From positions 19,793 through 83,792 of the forward strand of contig JAUCBJ010002682.1 in the NCBI GenBank assembly GCA_032718475.1: DNA of 64,000 nt. Direction: 5' to 3'. Shown piece by piece: positions 51,279 through 64,000 of this stretch (within the stretch, counting starts at the first letter, position 1; each line of letters begins with the position of its first letter). A model generated the notes under the pieces. It was not told the origin of the DNA, made no database searches, and saw nothing but the letters and a program-made list of their open reading frames with translations. This stretch comes from Nemertoderma westbladi (taxonomy: Eukaryota > Animalia > Xenacoelomorpha). Made by a program: the position numbers and the translations under genes.

Positions 51279-51478
51279 AAAACCTTATTTATAGTAACAA
51301 TGGTTGCTAGATACCTTCCTATAATAAAACCTTATTTATAGTAACAATGGTTGCTAGATCCCTTCCTATAATAAAACCTTATTTATAGTAACAATGGTTG
51401 CTAGATACCTTCCTATAATAAAACCTTATTTATAGTAACAATGGTTGCTAGATACCTTCCTATAATAAAACCTTATTT
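51279..51478. repeat. 47-bp minisatellite, about 4 copies
   Basis: aaaaccttatttatagtaacaatggttgctagataccttcctataat repeated. Confidence 0.9.
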
Positions 51479-51971
51479 CTCTCATCCTTACTAGGTGAGA
51501 CAGAATATTTGTTTTAGCTTCCATTCTTTGCAGTTATTCCTTAGCCTTACAGGATATTGATCCGTTGGTGGGATCGATGAAAGATGGCTTGGCAAATATT
51601 CCAAATGTATCAAAATTTTGCAGCTAAATAGCTGAGATATGGGCCTTCGAATGTTGCATCATGTATTTGCTTCCGCTGCAGGCCATTTATTCTAATTAAT
51701 AAATAAACCATGTTCTAGAACATTTGGCTTCATTATGAATCACTACGTAATACTGTAGTATTAATATATGGGTATTGCACTATTATTGACCATCTTCTTA
51801 TAAAAAATAACATGTTCCAAAATATCGTATATCTCGAAGATAACTGCGCGTTTATAATAGGAGCGGTACTTATTCTGTTACCTAGGCTACTGAAACACAA
51901 ATTAATTTAATTAATATTTATAATTTTATTATGAAAATAATATATAATAATTTGAACAGAATTCAAAATAC

Positions 51972-52059
51972 CTGAAGGATCCATACCCAGGTGAGACGGT
52001 CTATCCATAGTAAAGCCGGCCAGTGGGGTTCATGGGATGTACTCTCATTCTCAAAATTC
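51972..52059 (-). CDS. KCNT: Slo2/KCNT channel exon (S1-S2 loop)
   Basis: NFENESTSHEPHWPALLWIDRLTWVWILQ; cag/gt; phase fits. Confidence 0.88.
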
Positions 52060-52188
52060 CTGCAAACAATAATTCATTTAAAAATAAACTAGTTTCCAGA
52101 ATTTTATTTTTAGTTGCACGATTTTTTTAATTCAAGGCGAGGGGAGAATCTGGAATTATGATCGTCCATCACCAAGAAGGTAACTCAC

Positions 52189-52291
52189 CTCTGTGTATCT
52201 CGACTTTTAGGATCGTCAGAGGATATCGTGATGAGGTACAATAAACAGGATAGTAACTTTAACGCAAAGTAGGTCAACCGAAATCGAAGAC
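52189..52291 (-). CDS. KCNT: Slo2/KCNT channel exon (S1)
   Basis: SLRFRLTYFALKLLSCLLYL; tag/gtgagt. Confidence 0.92.
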
Positions 52292-52519
52292 CTATAATAA
52301 AAATATTTATATAAATTTAAAATGGATAATAAAAAGAAAACAACCAGCTGGTAACAATACATAATTATTTAGGAGTGCTACTTAGCCACGACCTAGTCAG
52401 ATATAGTTACTAGGTTATTACTAATAACACGCTATAAGACATGGTCTTGAATCTGAGTTAATATTTCAGGAACCTGACTTATCTCAGTAAAGCACAGAAA
52501 TGAATTTATTCCAGCAACA

Positions 52520-53070
52520 TAGCGCCCTCCAGATCTCACGATCAGCCCAGTTCATCCTTATTATCAAGTCAAGAGTCCTTGACCAGGCGTTTGCGAAAAA
52601 AGAAAAGTCATCAGCTGTCCTCCAAGTCAAATCATACCAGCAGGTTGCTATGGCACAAGGTTGTGTACAGGTTGATTCTGCCGGCTGAAACAGTGCCCAG
52701 CGAGCTTCAGGCGGTGTCTCTGCAGGGTGATACAGGGTCTTCGTAATGATATGGTGCCATAGTTGTATAAAACCTCATTGCTTATATGTGCATCATAGGC
52801 AATGTTGTGAGAATTTTTCCACAACATCAACAGCATATAGTCCACAGAAATAATGAAGAAGAAGGGGATATTGTGTCTCCATTGGTCGTGGACCAAAGGT
52901 CGTGGAACCGTTATAAACTGATCTGATTGCATTAATGATCTCATCGTGAACCCCAACCCAACATTCAGCCAGTGGGTGACCCTGAAGGTGAATTTCTGTT
53001 TTTACATTGGTTTTGTTAGAGTGATTGCTCAGTCAGTAAATATTTGACCCTGTTTTCTTCCGGTTTCACC
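52520..53070 (-). pseudogene. Decayed, internally deleted RTE LINE
   Basis: GDT..PFFFIISVDY-like RT motif joined to HISNEVLY...RLKLAGHC.R..QPVHNLV, homologous to 30200-30370; boundaries approximate. Confidence 0.7.
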
Positions 53071-53142
53071 GGCATTATCACACACTATGTGTTGGCCTAC
53101 TAACATAAGAAATACAACGAAACAATTTAATCAAATACTTAC

Positions 53143-53222
53143 TGGATCTTTGGTTCTTGATGAAGTAGATCTGTAAACGACCTTTAAAAGATTTCTCATT
53201 TGTGTAAAATTTCACTCTCACC
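53143..53222 (-). CDS. KCNT: Slo2/KCNT channel exon (N-terminal cytoplasmic)
   Basis: VRVKFYTNEKSFKGRLQIYFIKNQRS, a KCNT hallmark; cag/gtaagt. Confidence 0.93.
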
Positions 53223-53846
53223 CTGAAAATAAACAATAAAAAATAAATAAATGTTTGACTAAAAATTGTATAAACAAACAATCTCATCCATGATCGCTCA
53301 ACTGTGAACTTCTAATATTAAAGTGGGAAAGTCGATGACCATTATCATAACAGCTTCCCATAATACTGATGCATCTTCACCCACCTTACCCCGCCCGCTC
53401 CCTAGGGTAAGTGGCATTTATGGTAGCAATAAGTTATATGATGTACAGTAAAGCTATAAAATCTCAGTTTCGGTGAGAGCATAGTAAAGCGGATGCCGAA
53501 GTATGCATTAGCGTCCTCGTAGCGGGTGGATATACCAACCCTACTATACTATAGTAATAAATGCATTCTTAATCTTGACATTCGCTTATTGTAAGACGGA
53601 TGAATACCTTTGCTTTGCATTATTTATTACCATTACGACGAAATCTCACATATAGTTCAATCGTATAATAGATTCAAAACAAACAGCCGCACCGATTTAC
53701 ATAAATGTCCATCATAGTCCTGTATATAACATAATATAATTTTTAGGTCCACGTAGCGAGACCTCGATTATTAACTCCGTTGTTGTTGGTGTTTTGGTTG
53801 TTTTTAATTTCTCGTTAGGTTTTGGTATTAAGGGTTCATACGGACA

Positions 53847-53929
53847 CACTACTGGTTCAGTTGGCAGGGCGTGGGACATAGAATCTCTAGGTACCGAGTT
53901 CAATCCCCCATTCCTGTGAATGTTTTTTT
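53847..53929 (+). other. tRNA-derived SINE-like head
   Basis: A box TGGTTCAGTTGG, B box GAGTTCAATCC, followed by a T-run; no full cloverleaf. Confidence 0.5.
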
Positions 53930-54174
53930 GTTGTAAGATTGCTAGGAGGGAAAAGTTTTTTGTTGTAAGATTGGTAGGAGACAGTTCATGCGTTAGTAGA
54001 CGCGGACCTTTGCGCGATTTCGCGCTTGTTAAATGACCCTTTGAAAGTTGTATGACAGTGAGCCTTAGCGAAAAGTTCCCCAAAACTTTAGGGTTTCCAA
54101 AATCAAGGCCAGGGTTTTCAAAAGTTTTATCACTATAGACACGTTGGTGGGGTCTTCGCGCAGCACGAAATAAG

Positions 54175-54450
54175 CAAAGCCTTAGCATATAGGGGCCCCA
54201 TTAACGAGTTGTCTGTCGTTAATCAGAAGTCGTCAACATAATATTCGTCTCTTTCATTTGCCTTGTTGCGTTCGTTCGTTTTTTTACCAAATTTCAAATT
54301 CTTTCTAAACTTTTAACGCACTACATACGTACCAAGTTTCGTGTAATTTCATCAAGGAATGATCGAGTTATTAGCGATCAAAAATTTACGATGACGACAG
54401 ACGACGACGACATACAACTCGTTAATCGCACCCATATGCTAAGGCTTCGC
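54175..54450. mobile_element. Inverted-repeat (MITE-like) element
   Basis: aagccttagcatat...attaacgagttgt.tgtcgt at 54177-54219 is inverted at 54406-54447; weaker symmetry may extend to about 54122-54502. Confidence 0.6.
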
Positions 54451-55117
54451 ACACTTAGTGGCTCGCCCCACAATGCCGATTTGGCCTATCTATACTAAAA
54501 CTGAAAGGTAAGGTGTAATTAGATAGAGCTATAGGATAGCCTCCTCTGTCTGATGAAAACAGATTTACAGAAAAATTAAAACAGACAGGTAAACTACACT
54601 GTTCTGCTTCTAATTTAATGTTAATGTGATGTAATTAAAGTTATTGTTGCACTCTTGCACATATATTATTAGTGCACGTATCTGTTGAAACGGATAGTTA
54701 CTGACAAAGGAATTATAAAGAAATCGGAAATCAGTGTGCGTGCAATAATCCGTCAGCTCGCCTTTAATATGCTGACGAGTTTCATGAACCTTTTCAAAAT
54801 TAATTAGGCTAAATGCAATCAAAGATTCTGCAAGGCCTACGGTAGATGTAATGTGCTCAGTAGATTTATCTTTCATCAATCTGCGATGTTCTAATGACTA
54901 ATGAGAACTATAGTTTACCTCTTCCCGCGTAACATACAGTTCACATTAGGTTCAGTGGATAATGTAATTAGTATTTAAAAATTGAGAAGACATAATTAAC
55001 ACCCGAGGGCCAGAGGACGTCACACAAATGTAGGTACCGGTACTGCAGGAGTTGGTTTACTGAGTTAATGTCGTTTAAGAAATAAACAGTGTGTCAGACA
55101 GTCAGATCGGACTGTTT

Positions 55118-56982
55118 ACTGTACACTGTGTGTATTACACTACTGTACACTGTGTGTATTACACTACTGTACACTGTGTGTATTACACAACTGTACACTG
55201 TGTGTATTACACTACTGTACACTGTGTGTATTACACTACTGTACACTGTGTGTATTACACTACTGTACACTGTGTGTATTACACAACTGTACACTGTGTG
55301 TATTACACAACTGTACACTGTGTGTATTACACAACTGTATACTGTGTGTATTACACAACTGTACACTGTGTGTATTACACAACTGTACACTGTGTGTATT
55401 ACACAACTGTACACTGTGTGTATTACACAACTGTACACTGTGTGTATTACACAACTGTACACTGTGAGTATTACACAACTGTACACTGTGTGTATTACAT
55501 AACTGTACACTGTGTATTACACAACTGTACACTGTGTGTATTACATAACTGTACACTGTGTGCATTACATAACTGTACACTGTGTGTATTACACAACTGT
55601 ACACTGTGTGTATTACATAACTGTACACTGTGTGCATTACACAACTGTACACTGTGTGTATTACATAACTGTACACACTGTGTGTATTACACAACTGTAC
55701 ACTGTGTGCATTACACAACTGTACACTGTGTGTATTACACAACTGTACACTGTGTGTATTACACAACTGTACACTGTGTGCATTACACAACTGTACACTG
55801 TGTGTATTACATAACTGTACACTGTGTGCATTACACAACTGTACACTGTGTGTATTACACAACTGTACACTGTGTGCATTACATAACTGTACACTGTGTA
55901 TTACACAACTGTACACTGTGTGTATTACATAACTGTACACTGTGTGCATTACATAACTGTACACTGTGTGTATTACACAACTGTACACTGTGTGTATTAC
56001 ACAACTGTACACTGTGTGCATTACACTTACACAACTGTACACTGTGTGCATTACACTTACACAACTGTACACTGTGTGCATTACACAACTGTACACTGTG
56101 TGTATTACACAACTGTACACTGTGTGCATTACACAACTGTACACTGTGTGTATTACACAACTGTACACTGTGTATATTACACAACTGTACAATGTGTGTA
56201 TTACACAACTGTACACTGTGTGTATTACACAACTGTACACTGTGTATTATACAACTGTACACTGTGTGTATTACACAACTGTACACTGTGTGCATTACAC
56301 AACTGTACACTGTGTGTATTACACAACTGTACACTGTGTATATTACACAACTGTACACTGTGTATTACACAACTGTACACTGTGTGTATTACACAACTGT
56401 ACACTGTGTGTATTACACAACTGTACACTGTGTATTACACAACTGTACACTGTGTGTATTACACAACTGTAAACTGTGTGTATTACACAACTGTACACAC
56501 TGTGTGTATTACACAACTGTACACACTGTGTGTATTACACAACTGTACACTGTGTATATTACACAACTGTACACTGTGTATTACACAACTGTACACTGTG
56601 TGTATTACACAACTGTACACTGTGTGTATTACACAACTGTACACTGTGTGTATTACACAACTGTATACTGTGTGTATTACACAACTGTACACTGTGTTTA
56701 TTACACAACTGTACACTGTGTGTATTACACAACTGTACACTGTGTGTATTACACAACTGTACACTGTGTGTATTACACAACTGTACACTGTGAGTATTAC
56801 ACAACTGTACACTGTGTGTATTACATAACTGTACACTGTGTATTACACAACTGTACACTGTGTGTATTACACAACTGTACACTGTGTGTATTACACAACT
56901 GTACACACTGTGTGTATTACACAACTGTACACACTGTGTGTATTACACAACTGTACACTGTGTGTATTACATAACTGTACAC
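55118..56982. repeat. 24-bp tandem satellite (about 78 copies)
   Basis: Unit ctgtacactgtgtgtattacacaa with 22/26-bp variants. Confidence 0.97.
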
Positions 56983-58275
56983 AAGAAACAAAAGAACATA
57001 GTGAACGAGCTCATCTCCTATGTGACACAACGGCTTATATATATTTTAATTTATACAATCCCAGCTTCTGCGTGGTTTCAGACGTGGTTTACGAATTCCT
57101 TGATAACTTACAACCGAATCTTGGATAACAATCGCATGCATCTATTGACGCTCTCACATCTCTACTACTTTTGTTGGGAGAAAACATGTTGCATGACAAC
57201 ATCTCTTCGAGTTTGCCAAGAGTTCTTACATCGATCCATTTCATTAATAAGAAAACTCGTTCTTCGGAAAATAATGTTTCATATTTTGAATGAAATTACC
57301 TTCAACTCCACGGTGTAATCATGCTATCTTATGCTTTAAAAATCCTTGCATTTATCCATTAAGTAAATAATTATATTATTAGTTCGTTATAAATGTTCAT
57401 GATGCCAGCTCGCACTCCCTCAATTTGGAGTCCATTAACTTAAACACAGGAAGGGGAATTACAGCGGCATATATCTATAGCATCTAGATAATGCCAACAC
57501 AATTAATTATAATGAAAATGGTGAATAATATTAAATTAACTTGGGCAAGACAAAGTACGTATTTGGTACATGGACACTTATGGGGAGTACTGTGACTACT
57601 GACTTTGCCAAGGCTTTCTTGAATACAGTCTTTGATGGTGCGGATGCTGACATCTCATTTTAACTTGCATTCTTGTAGTTTATTATCAGTAAGGCGTGTC
57701 CTTCCATATTCACTATAAATTATTCAATGGAAATACAATAGAAACACCAAACTATGATTAGGTTATTATGTTAATATACTTGTACAGTATATTGAATTAT
57801 ACATGCAAATTCATTTACGTTCTGTTCAATAAAGCTAACTAATTTACTTTGGTTCAATAAAGAATGATAATACTGTATGTACATTATATGTATCTTTGTA
57901 TTTCAATTTTTTTGCAACCTTTTTGCTTTTATTGCTTTGGCTAAAAGCAATAATTATCTATATATTATATATTATATATTATTTACGTATTTTTCCACGA
58001 AATAATTATACGGCACAGAATAACTAATTTAAATTGAAATTATACAGACCAAAACAACCAATTACAAATAAACAATTACGGCAATAAAAAATATCGTCCA
58101 ATTATTATGACTTCAAATTCAAACAATTTAATCCTAATTAATATAATCTAAATTAATCTAATCTTACCTAATTTAATAAATCTAAAACACGCTCTATATA
58201 CTTACACATTACATACAATTCCTTACTCTGAAAAAATACGGTAATGGTGAAAAAATAAGATTGGTGTGAAAATAG

Positions 58276-58554
58276 CGCCCATGTGAAGAATACCAGGATT
58301 TCACTTTTCGGTCGACTTTTTATTGGAATTTTACATATGAAGATTTTTTATTTTTTTTTAATTTATCTTTATTAAGTGTTTTATAACGCTTATTTCTGTC
58401 TTATAACCTGTACATATACTAATTCGTTTATTGTTTTGGTTAAATTCAGCCCTTCTGTAACCTGTGTTTTTGGTGAAAACCTGGTATTCTTCACATGGGG
58501 GTAACTGCAAAGTGAAATATAACGGCAGAAAGTCTGGTATTCTTCACATGGGCC
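58276..58554. mobile_element. MITE with about 20-bp TIRs and an 8-bp TSD
   Basis: gcccatgtgaagaataccag (58277-58296) is inverted at 58534-58553; GAAAATAG lies on both sides (58268-58275, 58555-58562); an extra internal TIR copy sits at about 58480-58500. Confidence 0.75.
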
Positions 58555-58569
58555 GAAAATAGGGGGTGA

Positions 58570-58800
58570 CACGAAACGGTTTGGAAATGGTAACGTGTGC
58601 CTGTCTGTACCGATTGGTTATCACAGCGGCACACACGGTTCTCTCTTGGCAGCCTTGACTTCCAGCCTCAATTTTCAAATTATGGGACATAACTCTCAAT
58701 CGAGTAAAATAAATACGTAAGAAATCCGGCACAAAAGGTCTCAGACATGAATATATTGGATGCGGAACTAAGGCAAAGTTAGGCAATAGCTCCCGTATTA
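58570..58800 (-). pseudogene. Decayed non-LTR retrotransposon 3' end
   Basis: FTRLRVMSHNLKIEAG...ER..C resembles the RLR.SSH.L.IE.GR...R.C C-terminus of L2/CR1-group LINEs. Confidence 0.5.
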
Positions 58801-58865
58801 CATTACTTAATTACATAGCTCCCGTTGCTTCTGTGTATGATTTTATTATTATTTTATATAAAAAA

Positions 58866-60075
58866 TGACCAAACGGCAGGCAACTCCCAATACGCTTACC
58901 TGTCTGACCAAACGGTAGGCAACTCCCAACACGCTTACCTGTCTGACTAAACGGCAGGCAACTCCCAATACGCTTACCTGTCTGACTAAACAGCAGGCAA
59001 CTCCCAATACGCTTACCTGTCTGACTAAACGGCAGGCAACTCTCAATACGCTTACCTGTCTGACTAAACGGCAGGCAACTCCCAATACGCTTACCTGTCT
59101 GACTAAACGGCAGGCAACTCCCAATACGCTTACCTGTCTGACCAAACGGCAGGCAACTCCCAATACGCTTACCTGTCTGACCAAACGGCAGGCAACTCCC
59201 AATACGCTTACCTGTCTGGCTAAACGGCAGGCAACTCCCAATACGCTTACCTGTCTGACCAAACGGCAGGCAACTCCCAATACGCTTACCTGTCTGACCA
59301 AACGGCAGGCAACTCCCAATACGCTTACCTGCCTGACCAAACGGCAGGCAACTCCCAATACGCTTACCTGCCTGACCAAACGGCAGGCAACTCCCAATAC
59401 GCTTACCTGTCTGACCAAACGGCAGGCAACTCCCAATACGCTTACCTGTCTGGCTAAACGGCAGGCAACTCCCAATACGCTTACCTGCCTGACCAAACGG
59501 CAGGCAACTCCCAATACGCTTACCTGCCTGACCAAACGGCAGGCAACTCCCAATACGCTTACCTGTCTGACCAAACGGCAGGCAACTCCCAATACGCTTA
59601 CCTGTCTGGCTAAACGGCAGGCAACTCCCAATACGCTTACCTGTCTGACTAAACGGCAGGCAACTCCCAATACGCTTACCTGTCTGACTAAACGGCAGGC
59701 AACTCCCAATACGCTTACCTGCCTGACCAAACGGCAGGCAACTCCCAATACGCTTACCTGCCTGATCAAACGGCAGGCAACTCCCAATACGCTTACCTGC
59801 CTGACCAAACGGCAGGCAACTCCCAATACGCTTACCTGTCTGGCTAAACGGCAGGCAACTCCCAATACGCTTACCTGCCTGACCAAACGGCAGGCAACTC
59901 CCAATACGCTTACCTGTCTGGCTAAACGGCAGGCAACTCCCAATACGCTTACCTGTCTGACTAAACGGCAGGCAACTCCCAATACGCTTACCTGTCTGAC
60001 TAAACGGCAGGCAACTCCCAATACGCTTACCTGTCTGGCTAAACGGCAGGCAACTCCCAATACGCTTACCTGTCT
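58866..60075. repeat. 39-bp tandem array (about 31 copies) derived from the first coding exon end plus 5' splice site
   Basis: Minus-strand unit agacag|gtaagcgtattgggagttgcctgccgtttrgyc; the first copy overlaps the exon end at 60070. Confidence 0.96.
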
Positions 60076-60200
60076 TCATTTTCATCCAAATTAGTCAGAA
60101 AAGTAAGTTCATTCCTAACCGAATTCCAACGCGAATTATTACGGGGCTTACCCGCTTCCCTAGCCACATTCCACCACACACGAGTAAGAGGTCCTGCCAT
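60070..60200 (-). CDS. KCNT: Slo2/KCNT channel, probable first coding exon
   Basis: CACCATGG Kozak context; MAGPLTRV...LDENED then AG|gtaagc splices in phase to g-gtg-aga at 53222, giving ENEDRVRVKFY. Confidence 0.8.
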
Positions 60201-62628
60201 GGTGCACTATAATGGTGCTCGAGTAGTCTTATTCGTATTGGTACTCTATTAAATATTGTATGTGTAACTAAATATAAGAATACTGAGCATAATGATAAAA
60301 TATGAGTCGGTGTTCAACCATATCTAGAGCAAAATGACGTGGATCACCAATGGACAATGAATGTAATCGTGTAGAACCTGCTGTCACCAGTCATAATCAA
60401 TAGGGTACCGTGCCGGAATGTATCAAGTATAATAGGATAGGCCTAATATTATAGATTAATGGCTGTTCGTCTATCTCACTAATACGTTCTGGAATTAAAA
60501 GTACCAACTCAATACTCAAACGTACAATGTAGATAACAAACCACAACATTCTAATACTAAACCTCTGCAGGCAGGCCTGGCAACAGTATAGTAGAGAGAA
60601 AACTTGAGGTTCCATTGAACAGCTATGTTTACTGTTGCAATACATAATGTCTGAATGTTGCTACCGTAAATAGTAGGCCCTACACTTAATAAATATAATG
60701 TTGTGTACATAATACCCTTTAGAAGGCCGTACTACATACCAAACACACTCAAACTTACACACCTAACACCCTGATAGATACTGTATAGATACTGTAACAA
60801 ACACGCTTAGAAAAGCACCCCCATTGCTATCAGCCTGAAAACGCACAAACTATAATGCACAATATATTTAAGAGGTAAAGTATGGATTTCAGATCTTATG
60901 GAATATTAAAATTACACAAATTTTATCATAAAATATAAGAAATGCAAACTATACTACTCGTCTCCATTAATATGATTTCATGTTTATAAGTTATTATATT
61001 TCGAAAAAGTTTGAGTGGTATATTCTATCTTTATTATCCAACCATTCAATGAAGCTTAGCTGAAGCAGAAGAAAATAATGAAGCTGCAAATCCCACAGCA
61101 GCACCTAGCGGTCAAACACTGTATATAATTAATGATCAACATGTTCCAGTAGTACAAATAAATGAATACATACGGAAATTTTATTTATTTATGAAAAAAT
61201 TTATGGATAAAACACCAAATACACTTATTATGTACCACCAAAGTTAATGATCCAAAAATTATAAATACCAAACCAAAAATATTAAACCCTTCATCAAAAC
61301 GTACTCAATCCGTGACAAAAATTAAATACCGTCACCAAAAATACGATGATTCAATCACAAAAATTACGATTTAAAAACCAAAATTACGATCCAATCACCA
61401 AAATACTCAATTTATCTCCAAAATGACTCTACCATAACTAATAGAAAATTAACCCAAAATACTGAAAAATTACTATAGAAGTAGATATTGGTGATAAAGC
61501 CATAATTTTGGTATCGATTCAGCACTGTTGGTGCTGAAATAATTATATTTATTGATTTGTTAATCATTTTTAGAGGTATTTTTTAATATTTCCGGTGACA
61601 AAATATTATATATATTGTTAGTTTAGTTACAATTTGGAGTAAAAGTAAGTAGTTTTTGGTGATAATTAAATTACCTGCAATATATTTGTGCGATTAGGGA
61701 ATATATAAAACTTATTTGAGTAACATGATAGTGGTCTTGGTTCAACGTCGTTTAACGGTGAACATGGCACTTCTCATTTATTAAACTGTTCCTGTGTAGG
61801 GCATAAATGTAGTACTAGGGATTTAACTAAATGTGAAAATCTGAAAAATTCAAAATTTTTTTACGCAATAAGGTTTTCTTAAGTTCATAAGTTCATAAGG
61901 TTCAACCGTTCAACACGGTTTTCCAAATGTGCGGCAATCGATTGGGATCGTACGAGGCAAATTTTAGGTCAATTATTATGGGGGCAATTATTACTGGGGT
62001 ATATTTCCTCTCGCTTTGGTTGCATGTCGCCGTCGAGTCTTCTGCAATATTATTGTGGAACATATTCGCCTATCGGTATTGATTAAATGAATTGTTGTTG
62101 ATGATTGAATTGATGAAAATAATTTGACGTTTAACATAACAACCTGACAGAAGGTTGTATTTTATTATAGATGTATTATAGCGTAGTGGAATAGGTAGGT
62201 ACATTAGACGGGGCTTGTAAACTGTACGCCTATATGGAATGCACTGATACAATACCAACGGTAGAGCAGATGTGACTTTTATCATGATAAGTATAAACTA
62301 GGAAAAATGTAAAGGTGCACCCAATTTAGTGTAGGCCTATATGAGATATTAGTTTGGGAACTATAAAAGGCAATATTGAGTTCATTGCCTGCTATTTCGT
62401 GATTGAATGATAACGATTACACAACGGGGGTCACTAGAAAAGCTGAACGTTAGTACATGGCCCAGGTTAGTATAACAACTAGCTAAAATATTCTAGAACG
62501 CTTATCATTCGGGTTTTGTATGTGACTAATACTGTTTAATAACAGCCAGACTTTGAATAACTATTAGTGATGTTTGATATACATATATGATGAGATGGTA
62601 GAAGGATCAATCAACTTGTTTATCACCT

Positions 62629-62890
62629 ACAACGCTAGGCAACAGTAACATAAAGTATTGGGACTAACAATACTAGGTAACAGTAACATAAAGTATTGTT
62701 GACTAACAATATTAGGTTACAGTAACATGTAACATAAAGTATTGTTGACTAACAATACTAGGTTACAGTAACATGTAACATAAAGTATTGTTGACTAACA
62801 ATACTAGGTTACAGTAACATAAAGTATTGTTGACTAACAATACTAGGTTACAGTAACATGTAACATAAAGTATTGTTGACTAACAATACT
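62629..62890. repeat. 39/46-bp minisatellite, about 6 copies
   Basis: aatactaggttacagtaacat(gtaacat)aaagtattgttgactaac repeated. Confidence 0.88.
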
Positions 62891-63079
62891 ACCAACCTTG
62901 ATCGATCCTCTTTCGATTCTAATCGTTTAACAGGCGATACCGTCTTCATAAGTAGTGTTTATCATACCCGATAAATATATATTAATTTCTATTAATTTGA
63001 TCGGACCACAAAAAATAATACTACATACATACATACAAGTCATCCATAGTGCCTGCAGCGTGGTGCCGGGTTTCAGAAA

Positions 63080-63360
63080 TTATCGGTCACTACCGAGATT
63101 CTACAATGCGTTGTTTTTTTTAATTGAGCATTGTATTTTATGCCGTGAACCCTTCGCAACACATTGGTTTACAGTATGTACCGTCAAGGGATCAGTAGTA
63201 AGAGCCCAACTTGGAGTGCCGTTTAGCAGCACAGGCTCTACTGCTGACCGGAATAAATATACCCCATGATAGTCTACTTTAATGCAGACAACCATGCCTT
63301 GCCCATTCGAATTCGAAGGAATTCAGCTGATCAACGAATCAGAGATTCTAGATCCCAACA
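63080..63360 (-). pseudogene. Decayed RTE LINE fragment
   Basis: LFRSAVEPVLLNGTPSWALT matches LFRAAVVPVLLYGSPCWALT of the RTE at about 30430-30490. Confidence 0.65.
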
Positions 63361-64000
63361 GTACTACAGTACATACCACACACTACTGTTGCTATAGGCC
63401 TACACAAAGTAGTTCAGTACACCACAACCGAGACACAGACAGCATAATATCAGTAATCAGATGTCGGCACTCAGCTCACTGGTAGCTTTTGCCTCCAAAC
63501 GGGACGCTTTCTCAAGAGGTCCAGCCGGAATATGACAAAGAGTGAACTCTTAAAGTGATAAACGCGTTAACGGGTAATGTAAAGGTGATAAGGCCACCTG
63601 GGTGTATGTAATACATTTAAACTTTTGTAGAATGTGCAGCCGTTGGTGTCTTGAAAACATGATGCGATAGTGTAAACTCGTGATTACTGTGGGATCATCA
63701 CTTGGGGATCACTTGAGCGAAGGTTGACCCAACAGTCGTACCCACCGAGGTAAATTTGCCGAGTTTGCCGACGTTGACCATAGCATGTCCATTATTTGTA
63801 CAGGTTTGAGTACCGAGGTCAGACAACTGAACTTGTTCGTTTAAAGGTTGTGTGGTCCTATTGGGATGTCTTATACACGGCCAGTTTGGTTTATCTATAC
63901 AACTTCTAACATTGTTTATTCATTCTCTTGTCCATTTGGATTTACAATTCTCATTACTGACAAACAGTACCATATTATTAATTTTCTAACCGAAACAATT

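Noticed and set aside
55089-57318. His/Cys/Tyr-rich repeat ORFs
   Set aside because: Translation of the 24-bp satellite on both strands.
58811-60085. 424-aa repeat ORF (QTGKRIGSCLPFS)n
   Set aside because: The 39-bp array read in a frame different from the exon; the exon frame stops immediately after the donor.
61200-61680. Loose accaaaa / ttttggt inverted symmetry suggesting an old foldback element
   Set aside because: Too degenerate to define TIRs or a TSD.

Overview
AT-rich eukaryotic (animal, probably invertebrate) genomic DNA. The whole window lies inside one minus-strand, multi-exon gene for a Slo2/KCNT-type (Na+-activated) potassium channel. I could trace 13 exons with GT-AG junctions and consistent phases from an ATG at 60200 down to 21359; the rest of the gene must lie beyond base 1. 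The introns are filled with repeats. (1) A young BEL/Pao LTR retroelement occupies 1-17778. Its intact 2250-aa gag-protease-integrase ORF has no recognisable reverse transcriptase or RNase H. It carries a second 1241-aa ORF with a DEDDy-like 3'-5' exonuclease and CCHC knuckles, ten dispersed copies of a 20-nt YGYG-loop hairpin, and a tRNA-like Pol III promoter in its LTR. In the 5' LTR this promoter's A box is interrupted by a TIR-less 1.9-kb insertion. (2) There are five large tandem arrays (36, 51, 53/54, 24 and 39 bp units). The 51-bp and 39-bp arrays are amplifications of the channel gene's own exon/5' splice-site junctions. (3) RTE-type LINE fragments and several MITEs are also present. 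Almost all ORFs in 22.6-27.6 kb, 30.7-48.1 kb, 55-57 kb and 58.8-60.1 kb are artefacts of the repeats. All family assignments come from motif recognition by eye; no database searches were run.
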